From positions 298,721-362,720 of the forward strand of contig RQSC01000011.1 in the NCBI GenBank assembly GCA_013416795.1: 64,000 nt of DNA. The letters run 5' to 3'. The notes beneath the pieces were generated by a model. It searched no databases. It was given only the letters and a program-made list of their open reading frames with translations, and had not been told where the DNA came from. This document shows positions 11,976 through 24,440 of this stretch, one piece after another; the first letter of the stretch is position 1; every line of letters begins with the position of its first letter. This DNA is from Prasinococcaceae sp. CCMP 1430 (taxonomy: Eukaryota > Plantae > Prasinodermophyta). Made by a program: the position numbers and the translations under genes.

Positions 11976-12106
11976 TACATGCATCTAATGACCTCGCTGC
12001 GCGTCCGCCCCGCCATTGCAGTGGCCGGTGCAGGTGTGTCACTGTGTCATATCGTGCGATTACGTTGGCGAGTCGCAAGCACAGCGCAGCTGAGCCGCAT
12101 GGTCGT

Positions 12107-15100
12107 TCACTCCTCACAGGCGGCGTCTACGTTCGCATCGCCATCTGTGGCACCGCCAGCCGCCGCAGCTGCGGCTGCGGCGAGGGCATCAATGATGCCC
12201 GGCGGCACCGGCAGCGCGGGTGATGCGGCCGCGGCCGCAGCCGCTGCACCTTCACCGCTGCGCGCGCGCACGAGCGCGATGGCCTCCTCTCTCGCACGCG
12301 CCTCGAGCCGTGCCCTGCGCGCCTCACGCGACCGTGCCATCGCGGCGGCCTCTGCCTCGGCCTCCGCGCGCTCAGCGGCTGCGAGAGCGCTTTCGCAGCC
12401 GCTGAGCGCCGCGACAGCGGCTGCGATAGCGCGCGCATCCTCTGCCTCGGCCCCAGCAGCTGCGAAGGCGCGGTCCTGCGACTCTGACGCATGCTCAGCT
12501 TCCTCTGAGCAGGAGCGGCGCGCTTCTTCGCTGTCACCCGCAGCCACCTCGTCCAGAGGAATGCCATCGTCGACTTCCACATCGGAGTCAGCTGGCGGGG
12601 ATTGTGCCGACTCCGCGGTGGACAGGTCCTCATTCGGCACGGCCGCCTCTACCCCAGCAACGTCAGTTGCGTCATCTACCTGCACATCTTGCGAGCACCG
12701 CTGGCCTGCAGACTCGTGCTCGTGCTGGCCCCTTGAGACCCTGCTAACGAGCAATTCGAGCTCGCCGAGCGTCTCGCGCAGCGTAGCGGTGGTGTCGAAG
12801 ACGGACGCTTCTCCGTCCGAGACGTAGCTCGCCACCGGCTCCTCGGCGCGCGACGGCTCTTCGGGCACCGTACCAGACGCAGCCGGCGCCTCCTGGCCGA
12901 CACACATCTCGGCGTCCGGGGGAATGTCAATTGCGGGCGCCTCATCGTCCTCGCCGCCGTGAGCAGGATTGGCCACCTTGTCAACGAGTAGCTCGAGCTC
13001 GCCCAACGTGCTCTTGAGACGATCGAGATCGAAAGAGTCATCGACGTCGGCGGACGTGACCGCCAAGACGTGCTGGCCCTCGCCCCCACGTTCTTCCCGC
13101 TCCTGTTGTTGCCTGTACGCCGCCAGGCGCTCCACTCGCTCCTCCGCCTCAGACAGCACACGCGGGGCTGGCAGCGCATCGCATGGGACCTCAGCCGGCC
13201 CGTGCGCCTCCCCGTGCGCCTCCGCGGGCTGGCTGGCGCTCCTTGCCGCATCGTCCTGCCGCTCTTCCAAGTCCCCACGCGCAGCGCCACCGTCCGGCAG
13301 TGGCTGCTGCGCGTGCTCCTGGCCGCCCTCAGCATGGCTTTCGTCCGCACGAACATCGAGCCCAGCGGCGCCTCCAGTTCTGTCGATGGCGCCGCCTTCC
13401 ATCTGAGCGTTGTTACTCTCTTCCGCGCTGGGTCCATCCTTTGCTTCGAGTTGCAGCTCCACACGCGCCTGGCCGACGTTCACGCCCCTCCGTGAGACGA
13501 CGTCGTACCACGCAGCGTGCGCGCCGGGCGCAGCCACGGTACGTAGCGGCACCGCCGCCGTGCCGAGCCACATGTCTGTGGCGTCGTCTGACTCGCGGAT
13601 GCCCTCGGTTGCCCAAAGCTCGAGCAGCGCGCAGTGGCCCTCAATGGCCGTGCGCAGGCCAGCCTCCTCGGAAAGGCACAGAACCTCCTCGTGCGCTACG
13701 TCCACATCACCCTCGCAAGCCTCGGCGGTGCGCGTGGTGAAGGGCGCAAAGCGGCCCTCGAGCGACGCGTCATGCGCGAAAGCACTTCCACGCACGCGCA
13801 CGCGCGAGCGCGGTCGTCCCGCAGCGGAGCGGCACAGCGACTCAGGCAGCCCGCGCAGCGAGAGCACACGCAATCGCAGCGTGGCGCCCTCGAGGCACGG
13901 CAGCGGGCCGCGGGCGCAGCGCGCCGCCTCGGCCTCGGCACGGAACCGGCGGTGAGCGAGCAGTTGCGCGGGCGTGGGCCGGTACGCCACGCGCACGTGC
14001 AGGCTCGCCACATCCCAGTCGATGCCCGACGCGCCCTCGTCGGTGCCCGCCGAAACGAGCGGCAGCGCGTACGACGCGGGGCCCAGCGCGGCTTCGGCCG
14101 GTGCGAGTTTGGTGACAGTGCTCTCACTCCCTTGCGCGTCACCCCCACCCTCGCCGTCCTCCGCGCACGGACCATCCAAAATGGAAGAGCGCGTTGAGCG
14201 CCTGCCCGCCACTCCCACCGTTTCGAGACGACCGAGCGTGAGGCGCTCGAGCTCGGCCGTGAGCAGTGCTGCGGTGGCGACGATGTAGTCGCCGAAAGGC
14301 GCCTTGCGCCACACCTCGAAACGCACGTGGCCGGCAACCGCAGCGCGAGCGGCGTGCACCGCCGCCTGCAGCTCGCCACCGTCGTCGAAGGGATCGCGAC
14401 CTTCATCGGCACGCGCCGTATGCCTGCCCGCCACCTCGGCCGCGCGCCTCTCGATCCTGGCCCCAAAGCCGTCAAGCACGTCCTCGCCGTGCGCCACCTC
14501 GAGCGCATGGGCTGCAAACGCATTGAAGCGAGCGGCTGCGCCGTGCCTAGCGATGACCGCCTGCGAGTACATCGGGACGTCTTCGCCGGGGAAGACGTAT
14601 GCGACGTAGTACTCCTCGCCGCCACGCCACGACGCTCCCTGAAGCGACCACACAGTGAGCTCGTACACGTGATCGTCGACGCGCGGTGGCTCCTGGTCTG
14701 GGCCGTCGGCGCTGGCACCTGCGTCTACGTCATTGCCTTCCTCGCCGCTCGTCGTGCACCCAGCCGCGAGGCCGAGCAGCGCAGCCACGTCGCCGCACGC
14801 AACCTCGACGTCCACTGTGCCGACCGCTGCGCCGGCATACACGTCATACACATCGCACGCCACCTCAGACAAAGGAGAGACGTCGTCCTCCGGCCACGCC
14901 GGTAGCGGCACGCGCACGATGCCCACGAGGCGTGGAGCGACGCTGCCGCCCTGCTGCTCCCACAGCTCAAGCACGAGAAGCTTCGGCGGTGTCACCAGCG
15001 ACGCCCCTGGAGGGCGCACGAGAACAGCAAAGGGCACCGCGCTTTCAGGAGGCGCCGCTCCGGGGACGCAAAGCGCGATATCGAGGCCGCCGCCACGAGC

Positions 15101-17358
15101 CTTGCCGCTGCCGCCGCCGAGCGGCTTCGCGACGGCCCACACGCGCGGCTCTCCGCCGACGTCGGAGGTGTCCTCGTCGCCACGCGCACGCGCGGCGGTC
15201 GGCTCCCACTTGGCGATGCGCGCAAAAACGCCCGCAGTAGGCGACTTTGCTTCCGTACTCGCGGCGCCTCGCGCCGCGGCGTCCACGGCCTCGACCATTT
15301 CGTCCCTGCGGCGCATCGCTGCGAGCGTCGACACGTCTGCCGCGGAAACCACTGCATCCACAGTCGCCATGAGCGCGTCCCCGTCGGGGCGGGCGGCGTC
15401 GCCGCCGCCCATCGCGGCGTCTGCCCCAGTGCCACCACAGCAGAGCATCGCGCTCACCACCAACGCGCTGCCCGCACAGGGCACGTCCACGGTTCCCTCG
15501 AGCACCTCGCGCTGCCCTGCGACGCTCACGCGAGAGCCTGTGAGGCGGATGGTCGCGCGCTCGGGTAGCCGCGCGCAGCGCAACGCCACCTCCTGGTTGA
15601 ACACCGCCTCCCTGCCTCCGACCAGCGATGGGCGCAGCGTCTTGACGGTCTCGGCATCGGCACCGCCCTCCGCCTCGCCGCAGTCACCGCGCGGTACCGC
15701 GATCTCCATGCGCACGTCCGCGAGAGCGCCGTTGGCGACCAACACTTTCCCGATGGACAGCTTGACCTCGCAGTGCAGCACGGCGTCGTATTCATCTCCC
15801 TCGTCGCCGACGTCATCGCCCCCGACGCCGCCGTTCGCCTCGCCATAGTCCCCGTGAATCACCTCATGATACTCGCGCAGAGAGAGCTCCGACGAACCAT
15901 CGGAGCGAGCGTCGCGCTCGTCGTCCATCTCGTCGTCGCTCTCGATGCCCACGCCGTTCAGTGCGAGCACCAGCGAGGCGTCGATCTCGGTGCCAGCGCT
16001 GTCGAGCATGCGCCAGGGGTGCCCGCCGGCCTCGGCGGCGGAGAGCGCTTCGCGCAGGCCGTCGTCGCCGGCGGCGGCGGCACCTTCGTCGTCCTGCGGC
16101 GGTGTGCGGCCCGCGTCTGCCTCGGGCGCGCCTCCCTCGGCGCGAGCGCTGCCTCCCAGGGTTTGCGCCGTTTCTCCGTCGCCGCCGGCGCCGGCGCCAA
16201 CGACATCGAATGAGAAGGCGAGATCGAGGGGGTCAGGCAGGTCGGACGCCGCGGCGGGGCCGTCGGGCGCAGCGCTGCTCGCGGGCGCGGCGCCACGCTC
16301 GCGCTCGACCGGTGGCGAGTCAGGCGCGTCCCGCATGGCCGCGGTCGCCCTCGCGACGATGCCCCCCGGACCTGCGTCGACGCCCGGGTCGTCGTCGCCG
16401 GCGGCCACCGCCGCCATTCGCGAGCGCAGCTGCCTGCCGCGGCCGATCAGCTGCGTGAGGACATCAGCCGGCGTGCGGACGTGCGCGGACGTCGGCGTGC
16501 GGGGCGGCGCGGCCCAAGTCGCGGGTGTGCCACCCTCGCCGTAGCGGCGCTGGGACCGCGCGCGCGGCGGCGTCAGCGCCGCGGCGCCGGCGGAGGTACG
16601 GGACGGCTGCGCCGACCGACGCGGGCGTCGACTTGGCCGCGCTGCGCTGCCCCCCCGAGCGCTGGCTCTGCCGCCGCTTGAGTGCGGTGAGCGAGGCGCT
16701 CGGCGGCGCCGCCTTCCGCGTGCTCGGCCTGCTCGCGGCGGGCGTGCGCTCGCGGAGCTCCGCCGCCTCCTCGGTGCCGGCTTCCGAGGCGGCGCCGAAG
16801 GCGCGCATGGCCGCGTGCTTCGCCTCCTGTGTGCTCTCCGGCAGCAGCGGCAGGGTGATGTCGCTGGCGGCCATGTGCTCGTTGAGCTCGAAGCTCGAGA
16901 CAGACGCGAAGTCGAGCTCGAGGCTCAGCTCGACCTCGCCGAGATGCCGCTTGGCGCGCGTTGCGATGGCGTGCGCGCCTCGCAGCGGGCGGTGCGAGTC
17001 GAGGCCCGCGAGCGGCACGCGCACGGCGCCCACCACGCGCGGGCCGGAGGGGTCCAGCACGTGGAGCGTGAGCGCGTTCGCGTCGCGCAGGTAGCGCGAC
17101 ATGCTGCGCGGGCCCGCCGTGACGGGGAAGTCGATGTGCAGCAGCGCGCCGCCGCGGGCCTCGGCCTCGGCCGCGCAGAGCGCCTCGGTGCCGCCGCCAC
17201 CGGCCTCCTCGCCCCACCACACGGCGCGCACCGCCATGGGCTCCGGAGCGCCGCGCAGCAGCCATTCCACGCGCCACAGGCTCAGCCGCAGGTGGCCGCG
17301 CGCCGCGCCGCCAACGCGCGGCGGCAGCGCCGCGCCCTCGATGGGCGGCGGGAAACAC
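12107..17358 (-). CDS. C2CD3: C2CD3-like multi-C2-domain centriolar protein (5' end in N gap; last exon starts 16450)
   Basis: N-terminal LPPRVGGAARGHLRLSLWRVEW...VRAVWWGE...GPRSMSRYLRDA..L.L.V...VG.V.V...HLGEVELSL matches the C2CD3 N-terminal C2 domain as I recall it; spliced LIGRGRQLRSRM helix; several further C2-like segments in the 1436-aa ORF. Donor of the intron ending 16451 not resolved. Confidence 0.75.
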
Positions 17359-17947
17359 NNNNNNNNNNNNNNNNNNNNNNNNNNNNNNNNNNNNNNNNNN
17401 NNNNNNNNNNNNNNNNNNNNNNNNNNNNNNNNNNNNNNNNNNNNNNNNNNNNNNNNNNNNNNNNNNNNNNNNNNNNNNNNNNNNNNNNNNNNNNNNNNNN
17501 NNNNNNNNNNNNNNNNNNNNNNNNNNNNNNNNNNNNNNNNNNNNNNNNNNNNNNNNNNNNNNNNNNNNNNNNNNNNNNNNNNNNNNNNNNNNNNNNNNNN
17601 NNNNNNNNNNNNNNNNNNNNNNNNNNNNNNNNNNNNNNNNNNNNNNNNNNNNNNNNNNNNNNNNNNNNNNNNNNNNNNNNNNNNNNNNNNNNNNNNNNNN
17701 NNNNNNNNNNNNNNNNNNNNNNNNNNNNNNNNNNNNNNNNNNNNNNNNNNNNNNNNNNNNNNNNNNNNNNNNNNNNNNNNNNNNNNNNNNNNNNNNNNNN
17801 NNNNNNNNNNNNNNNNNNNNNNNNNNNNNNNNNNNNNNNNNNNNNNNNNNNNNNNNNNNNNNNNNNNNNNNNNNNNNNNNNNNNNNNNNNNNNNNNNNNN
17901 NNNNNNNNNNNNNNNNNNNNNNNNNNNNNNNNNNNNNNNNNNNNNNN
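17359..17947. other. Assembly gap (N run)
   Basis: Run of N in sequence. Confidence 1.
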
Positions 17948-18680
17948 CGGCGCGCGGGCGCGGCCGCGGCGGCGCGTCCGGCGGCTCGGCACTCCATCAA
18001 TTCTGGTGCGGCCTACCCCGCTCCTCCACGAAGGGGCACACCGCCGGCGGGGGACACCGCCGGCGGGGGATCTTTTTCTGGCACGAAGGAGCACCCATCC
18101 GACGCGGACATGCGAAACAGAGCGGGCCAGCCGGGGACTCTCGGCCGGTCCCTTTAGATCAAATCCCAGGGGTGCGATACACGCGTGTGTGGCGGCCGCC
18201 GCGCCACCATGGCGCCCCATGATTCGAGCGAGATCCGTACGGATCGAACGGGCGCGGGCGCACCGCGAGCGCATCGCTGGCGGGGCGGGGGACGAGAGAG
18301 GAGGGACAGGGGGGACGCGGGCGGGCGGGAAGGGGGGGGGGGAGGCTCGGCGCGGCGGCCGGGCGCAGGGCATCGCAAGACCATGTTGGCGGGATTGGCG
18401 ATTGCCCGGCACCACAGCGCCGCGCGGCGCAGCGCCGGCGCACGGCGCGGCGGCCCAGCGGCGGCGGCCGCGCGTCCTCTCCCGCGCGCCAAACGCGCGC
18501 ACCCGCCCGCACCACGCGCGCACCCGCCTGTGCTCCCCCTCCCCCCTCTATCCCCCCCAACCCGCTCTCTCTCGCGCCCGCACCTTGCGTTGCTCGAGAC
18601 GGGGGGAGCAAGCTAGCGCGCGGACGGCGTGCGTGTCAGCAGGCCGCGCGCGCTCGCACCCAGCTCCGACCGGGCTCGCC

Positions 18681-20104
18681 ATGTCCTTCGACGACGAGTA
18701 TGAGAACGCGTGCACCCACCGGTGCGTCCCGCAGCCGCTCGCCGCGCCGCCCACGCCTGCCAGACGCTCGCGCGCCGCACGCTCCTCGCAATCAGGACGA
18801 CCGCGCGCGTCGTGCGACCAACGGGAGGAGCGAATCGCTTACGCTCGGATGCCCCCGCCCCTCCCTTCCATCCCATCACACCCTCCCCCCCCTCGCCGCA
18901 CACACCCATCCGCCCGCCCCCCGCGCCCTCACGCCCGCGCGCGCCTGCGCGCGCCTGCGCGCACGCTCTCCTGCGCTCCTTCGCCCAATCCAGATCGTGC
19001 TCGTGCGCCATGCCGTGCCACACGAGCGTGTTCTTCTCGTGGTTGTGGGTCGGTTCGCTGGTGGTCTTTGGCGGGCTGGAGCTGTGGCAGGCGCTGTGGT
19101 GGGGACACACGTTCGGCGTGGTGGTGGGTGCAGCAACGCTCGCATGCGGCGCCGTGCAATTGCACGACCACGCCAAGAAGCCGCGGGCGGGCGCGGCGCG
19201 AGCACCCGGCGACGCAGGGGGCAACGGCGGCTTTTCGTCCACCGACGCACCCCACCAGCAGAGCGCGCCCTCCGTCGACATCGAGCGGGCGCAGTCCTCG
19301 CCGCCGGCCGCTGCCGACAACGCCGCGGCCGAGTCGTCGCGCGAGGCGAGCGTCTCTGCCAAGACCTGCGCGTTCGAGGCCATCCGCGCCGGCCAATGGT
19401 GCGAGAAGGTCTTTGTGCGCGTGGCCATGCTGCTGCTGCTCTTCATGAGCATTGCGCTGCTGATGGTGCGCGTGTCGAGCCTCGACCGCGCGGGGCACGA
19501 CACCTTCCCCGCGGCCTGCCCGCCGGAGCTTCTGCCAAATGCGTGCGTGCGCGTAGCGTACACATCGCCGAACTTAAGCGGCGGCGCGGCGCCTCCGACG
19601 CTGCTGCACGCATCGCCACACATGGCGGCGCACTCGCTGCAGGCGTGGACGAAACGGAAACGCGGCGTGACTCTGCTCGACGTCCGGGAGGACCCGCTGG
19701 CGCCCGCGGCGGAGCACGGCTCCGTGAGTGGGAATACCAGCCTGCTCGTGCGCCTTCGCTTCATTGACCCCGTTCTCGCGACGGCCGATGACGGGTACGT
19801 GGCCTTGTGGCGCGTAGATGACCCGACGGGCGAGGTTGGCTGCACGCGCACGGCCGTCCAGGTGCAGCTCGAAGCGCGCATTGGCATCGAGCGCAGTGCC
19901 AACCTCAAGAGGTACGAGAAGCAGACCCGGAACATGCTCATCGACGAGTATGGCCAAGCCGCGGGCGGAAATACGTGCGAACGGCAGCAGGAGCTGAAGG
20001 AGGAGGAGGAGGAGGACTACGAGGATGGGGAGGACGAGCAGGAGAGGAGCGGAATGACACACAAGCGCCAAGCGGGCTGGAGGCGCAGTTGGGGGGTAGG
20101 GTGA
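18681..20104 (+). CDS. Membrane protein with DUF1499-like domain (exons 18681-18721, 18994-20104)
   Basis: Three hydrophobic segments, then CPPELLPNACV...LRFIDPVLATADDG...VQLEARIG...ANLKR resembling the DUF1499 pattern (CP..PNCV...F.DD....SR.G...N..R); phase-2 intron GTGCGT...CCAG. Confidence 0.55.
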
Positions 20105-20225
20105 AGTGCGCGCGAAAAGCGGCACAGCACCGCAGCGCGGGCGCACTGAGCCCTCGCGCGCCCCGCCCATTTCAGCCGCGAGGGCGTTCGACCGGAGTAA
20201 TATTGTTCAAATGCATTCGTGCGCG

Positions 20226-23200
20226 TCATATTCGCAGCAGCCTGCACGCAGGCCTCCTGGGCGCGTCTTCGAGCTTTCCTCTCCTGACGAGCGCGGGCCC
20301 CGCCGGCAAGGCGAGCGGGTGCTCGGCGCTCTGGTCCGGAGCTCGCGAGCGCCTGCGCGAAGCGGGCGTGCTCGGAGGACCGTCGGCACGCTCGCGGCGC
20401 ATCAGGCGTGGGAGCGATGCGTCCTGGCGGCCCGGCGACGCCGCGGCACCAGCATGGAGCGACGCGGCCGAGGCCGCGTTGGTGTCGCCTATCGCGAGGG
20501 GCTCCCTCACGCGCGTGAGCAGCATGAGGCCGTGCTCCTCGTCGTGCCCAAAATCGTGCTGCGGGCGACCGCGCCAGCGCACGTGCCTGCCTGGCAGGAG
20601 AATGTCGCACTGCGCAGAGCCGTCGATCACTTGCGTTGGGGTGGTCGACGGCGGGTCCCGCTCGCTGTGCTCCGCGAGGTCCACCGGCGGCTGCCCCTTC
20701 ACAAACGCGGAGGCGGGCGGTGCCCTGGGCTCATCCTGATGCATCTGCGGAGGTGCCTGCATCGCGGCTTCCTTGGCCGCCTCTGCAGCTGCAGCGGCAA
20801 ACCCGCGGATGGCAGCGAGCTCCACGCCAACCTCTCTCGCTGCCGCGGCCATGGCCGCCGCGGACGCGCGGAGTGAGGAAATCTCGGCATCGAGCACAGA
20901 CGCGGCGCCCCCACCAGCGCCTGAGTCCGAGGTGACCCGACCGGCGGCAGGGAGGTCCAGCTCGGCGGTGCCGCCACTCTCGTCGCGAGCTTCGTTGCTG
21001 ACCTCCTCGACGGAGCCCTGCACCGGCTCATCGCCCGACCCGGCGGTCTCCGCGCTGTCGCTCGGGGCCGCCGTGATGACGGGCGAGAACTGCGCGAGAG
21101 GCTGAGCTCCCAGCCCCGGGACGCCCCGCGCCGCCTCGGCCGCGGTCGCCGCGCCCGATGAGGCGACCCTCATCTGAACGTTGGGCGTCGACACGACGCC
21201 TGCGGTGCGAACAAAGGTGAGCTTCCTCACGGTCGCATCAGCCTGATCTGCGAGCGCCGGCGCCGACGCTGGTGCCACGCTCGCAGGCGTGTGGAGTGCG
21301 GCGTCGCTCGGCTCGTCGCGCGAATGGAGCCCCGGCAGCGGTGGCGGCATCTGCGACGCCTCCTCCACGATCGCGTCCGAGATCGCGTCCACGACTGCTC
21401 CTGTGTCGACCGAAGCCTCGGATGCGCCGGACGCCCCCGAGGCGCCCGACCTTGCCGATGCGCCTGAGTCAGCAGGGGAGTGCAGGGCGCTCTCAAAGCC
21501 GTCCGATACGCTCGCTGCGCCCGCGGCATCCGCGCGAGCTCCCGCGGCATCCGCGCGAACTGCCGCGAGCTCAGAGGGGGCGCTTGGACCAGCGTCGGGC
21601 GACGCCGTGTTTGCTGGCGAGTTCGAGGCACCGTCGGAGCCGTGTTCACCAGGCGATCCTCCCACACTGCCAGCCTCGCCATCGGGCGCGGCTGCAGTGC
21701 GCTCGCGCGCGTTTCTCTGTCGCTCGGCTCGACCGGATGTCGCCGACCTTGGGAGGCGCTTGATGCCCAGCATGCGGGCCCCTGCCACGGACATGCTTGG
21801 GGACATGTTGACGGCGCGCGCATCCGCGACCTGCAAGGCGGACGACGGCGAGGCGGCAACGGCGGGCGCAGGCGTGGCGGGCTCTGTGGACGCGCCAGCG
21901 AGCGTCGCGAGCGATGCGAGCGTGCTGGCGCGCAGGTCGACCGCCACAGCCACCGGGCTCGGGGCCTCTCGCTGCAGGCGCTGCAGGCGCTGCAGGCGCT
22001 CCTGCCGCGTCCGCGCGACGGGCGTGTGGTCCTCGTCGGGCGTCGCTGCGGCCGCTGCGGCTGTCGCTGCCGCGGCGTCGGCTTCGAGCTCCGACCTGTC
22101 TGCATCGACGACCATGTCACGCGCAACGGCGTCGGCCTCCGATGCGCCGCCGGGCGCGTCGTTGCGAACGCGGCGCAACGTGGGGACATCAAACAGGCCA
22201 CGACGAGCACCGCCCTTGCGCGCCTCGAGGCGCTCTACCTCGGCGCGCGCCGTCGCCGCCAAGTCGTCGAAGCCCAGCTCGACCGCCGCCACATACACCT
22301 CCGAGAGCGCCGCCACCGAGCAGTTCGAGGCAGCGAGCTCCAGCGCGGGTTGCAGCAGGGGCGGATCCAACGAGAGCAACGCATCGATCAGCTGTCGAAG
22401 CACGTGCGCGCCAAAGCTCAACGCGTCGCCACCCGCATCCTCCAGCGCGCCGGCGAGCGCATTGGCCACACGCACGAGATCGACGACCCCAACGAGCGCG
22501 TCTTCGTCGCCGTCCCCATCGGCAGTGCCGACGTCGCCTCCGACGGCGATGTGGTAGCCGGCTTCCTCAAGATCGCGCAAAAGCAAGCTCGAGAGAGATG
22601 CCAGCGCAAAGGCGCGCCTGTTCGCGCTGGCAATGGCAACGCACACGTCAACTGCCTCGCTGATTGCGCCGGCACTCGCATAGTGCTCTGCGAGCGCCTC
22701 GGGCGTCGTCGGGCCCACGAAGTGGACCAGCGCAGGCGGACCAGCCGACGGCGACACCAGGGCGAGCTCGGCGGTGTCGGTGCCCTCCCAACACGCCAGG
22801 CCGCGCGCCGGGCGGTCGCCATCGCCATCGCCGCCACCGCCATCGCCTGCGTGAGGGCGTGCATCGCCTTCGAGCCCTCCGGCGTCGACCAGCACCGACG
22901 CCGCCGGTACTCGGCTCTGGTTGAGAGCGAGCAGCGGGACGAGGCACGCGTCCAGCACGCACACCTCGCCAGTGGCCGCCAGGGCCAGAAGGACGCCCCC
23001 GTCCGGGTGCCAGCAGAGCGCTTCCACGCTGCCGCCTAGGGGCATTTGGCCGTGGGAGCGCGCGCGCCCGCGCTCCCTCTCTGGGTGCGCGCCCGAGTCC
23101 GCCGTCGCGCTACGCCCGTCGACGGTGGCGAGCCCGCCGCGGGCGCCGCCGAGCGCGAGGATGTGCAGCGAAGGGCTCCATGCAGCCGCGCCGGCGGGCC

Positions 23201-24440
23201 AGCCCAGGTGCACGCCCGACGCGCCCGTCTCCCACGCCGCAACCGAGCACTGCATCGACAGCGCGGGGCCGGCCGCGCCCTCGGCCTCGCCCGCGTCCGC
23301 GAGCGACGCGACGCCCGCGCGGACGCCGCCATCGGCGGAGGAGAGGACGTACCCGACCGCCGTCGTCGCTGCAGCGGGGGTGGAGGCGGAAGGGGTATTC
23401 GCGAGCGCCTCGCACGCCGCGATCGCGCAGACGCCTTCGAAGACCTTCCCCCCGCAAAGCTCTGTGCGCTCTGCTCCGACGCGCAGGGCGCTCAGCCGCC
23501 CCTCAGCGTCGCGGAGCACCGCCGCCGCGAGGAGGGCGTACGAGCCCGTCGCGGCGCCCGCGCCTTGGCGGACGAGCGCGAAGAGGCGTTCGCCGTCAGC
23601 GCTCACGCTCACGTCAAGCACCTCCTCACTCACACGCGCGGTCACCGCACTCGCGCCGTCGCGCTCGACGGCCTCGGATGCTCCGGAGGCCGCGCAGCGC
23701 GTCCGCGCCTCCGAGAGCGCTCGCATTGCGGCGTCCCAGCCCGCGCCTGCGGCCTGTCGCCGCGCGAGACCGACCACGCAGCTCCCGCGGGCCTCGGCGC
23801 CGTCGCCGCCAGCCCCCGCGCGCTCGGGCAGGAAGCCGATTGCGACCGCGTCGGCCGACGCGCAGAAGGCCGCCGCTCGCGCGCCGCCCGTTGGCTGCCG
23901 CGCGCGCTGCTCTTGCTGCGGCCGTCGCTCCTCTTGCGAAGCGAGGGCTGCGTGCGCGACGACCGCATCGGCGGCGCTGTCGAGGCGCGCCCCGCCGCTC
24001 CCCTTGGCGAAGAGCAGCGTGGCCACGCGCGCGTCGCCGAGCGCAACCTCGACGCCGCCGCGGAGGGACGCGTTGGTCGAGCGCACGGGCCACGTGGCGA
24101 GGGCCCCCGCGCCCCCGGCCGCGAGGGCCGAGCGCAGCGCGCAGCCGTTGCGGAGACCGTGACGGCCGCCCCTGCTCCACGCGCGCGCCGCGGCCGCCGC
24201 GCGTTCCCGAAAGGGGAACGGCCCAAACGGAATCCCAATCTTACCCAAATCTGTATGCGAATCCCCACGTGGCTCACACAAACTAGCAGCAGTTGAATCT
24301 CGACGTTTGGATTCGCACTGTTTGCGGATGCAATCGAGGCGACCCGCAGGCAGCTCTGTCTCCGTCGTCGCGCCCCGTCGCCAGTCGCTGCTCGCAGCTG
24401 CTGCGATTGGATCGGTTCCGAACTTCGGATGCTCCCGTGT
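20226..24440 (-). CDS. WDPCP: WDPCP/Fritz-like WD-repeat CPLANE ciliogenesis protein (5' end unresolved)
   Basis: LCWHPDGGVLLALAATGEVCVLDACLVP matches WDPCP W-H-P...G-E...D-.-.-L-.-P; downstream helical segment (ALELAA...LSEVYVAAVELGFDDLAATARA) matches the WDPCP C-terminal helices; long low-complexity tail. Frame is open to the TAA at 24441-24443, with no ATG in that stretch. Confidence 0.72.
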   Translation of the reverse strand, partial: TREHPKFGTDPIAAAASSDWRRGATTETELPAGRLDCIRKQCESKRRDSTAASLCEPRGDSHTDLGKIGIPFGPFPFRERAAAAARAWSRGGRHGLRNGCALRSALAAGGAGALATWPVRSTNASLRGGVEVALGDARVATLLFAKGSGGARLDSAADAVVAHAALASQEERRPQQEQRARQPTGGARAAAFCASADAVAIGFLPERAGAGGDGAEARGSCVVGLARRQAAGAGWDAAMRALSEARTRCAASGASEAVERDGASAVTARVSEEVLDVSVSADGERLFALVRQGAGAATGSYALLAAAVLRDAEGRLSALRVGAERTELCGGKVFEGVCAIAACEALANTPSASTPAAATTAVGYVLSSADGGVRAGVASLADAGEAEGAAGPALSMQCSVAAWETGASGVHLGWPAGAAAWSPSLHILALGGARGGLATVDGRSATADSGAHPERERGRARSHGQMPLGGSVEALCWHPDGGVLLALAATGEVCVLDACLVPLLALNQSRVPAASVLVDAGGLEGDARPHAGDGGGGDGDGDRPARGLACWEGTDTAELALVSPSAGPPALVHFVGPTTPEALAEHYASAGAISEAVDVCVAIASANRRAFALASLSSLLLRDLEEAGYHIAVGGDVGTADGDGDEDALVGVVDLVRVANALAGALEDAGGDALSFGAHVLRQLIDALLSLDPPLLQPALELAASNCSVAALSEVYVAAVELGFDDLAATARAEVERLEARKGGARRGLFDVPTLRRVRNDAPGGASEADAVARDMVVDADRSELEADAAAATAAAAAATPDEDHTPVARTRQERLQRLQRLQREAPSPVAVAVDLRASTLASLATLAGASTEPATPAPAVAASPSSALQVADARAVNMSPSMSVAGARMLGIKRLPRSATSGRAERQRNARERTAAAPDGEAGSVGGSPGEHGSDGASNSPANTASPDAGPSAPSELAAVRADAAGARADAAGAASVSDGFESALHSPADSGASARSGASGASGASEASVDTGAVVDAISDAIVEEASQMPPPLPGLHSRDEPSDAALHTPASVAPASAPALADQADATVRKLTFVRTAGVVSTPNVQMRVASSGAATAAEAARGVPGLGAQPLAQFSPVITAAPSDSAETAGSGDEPVQGSVEEVSNEARDESGGTAELDLPAAGRVTSDSGAGGGAASVLDAEISSLRASAAAMAAAAREVGVELAAIRGFAAAAAEAAKEAAMQAPPQMHQDEPRAPPASAFVKGQPPVDLAEHSERDPPSTTPTQVIDGSAQCDILLPGRHVRWRGRPQHDFGHDEEHGLMLLTRVREPLAIGDTNAASAASLHAGAAASPGRQDASLPRLMRRERADGPPSTPASRRRSRAPDQSAEHPLALPAGPALVRRGKLEDAPRRPACRLLRI

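Noticed and set aside
16815-19448. Very long ORFs spanning N gaps (also 16573-18000, 28201-30540, 73-1029 and others)
   Set aside because: Stop-free only because of N runs and high GC; they overlap real genes on other frames or strands.
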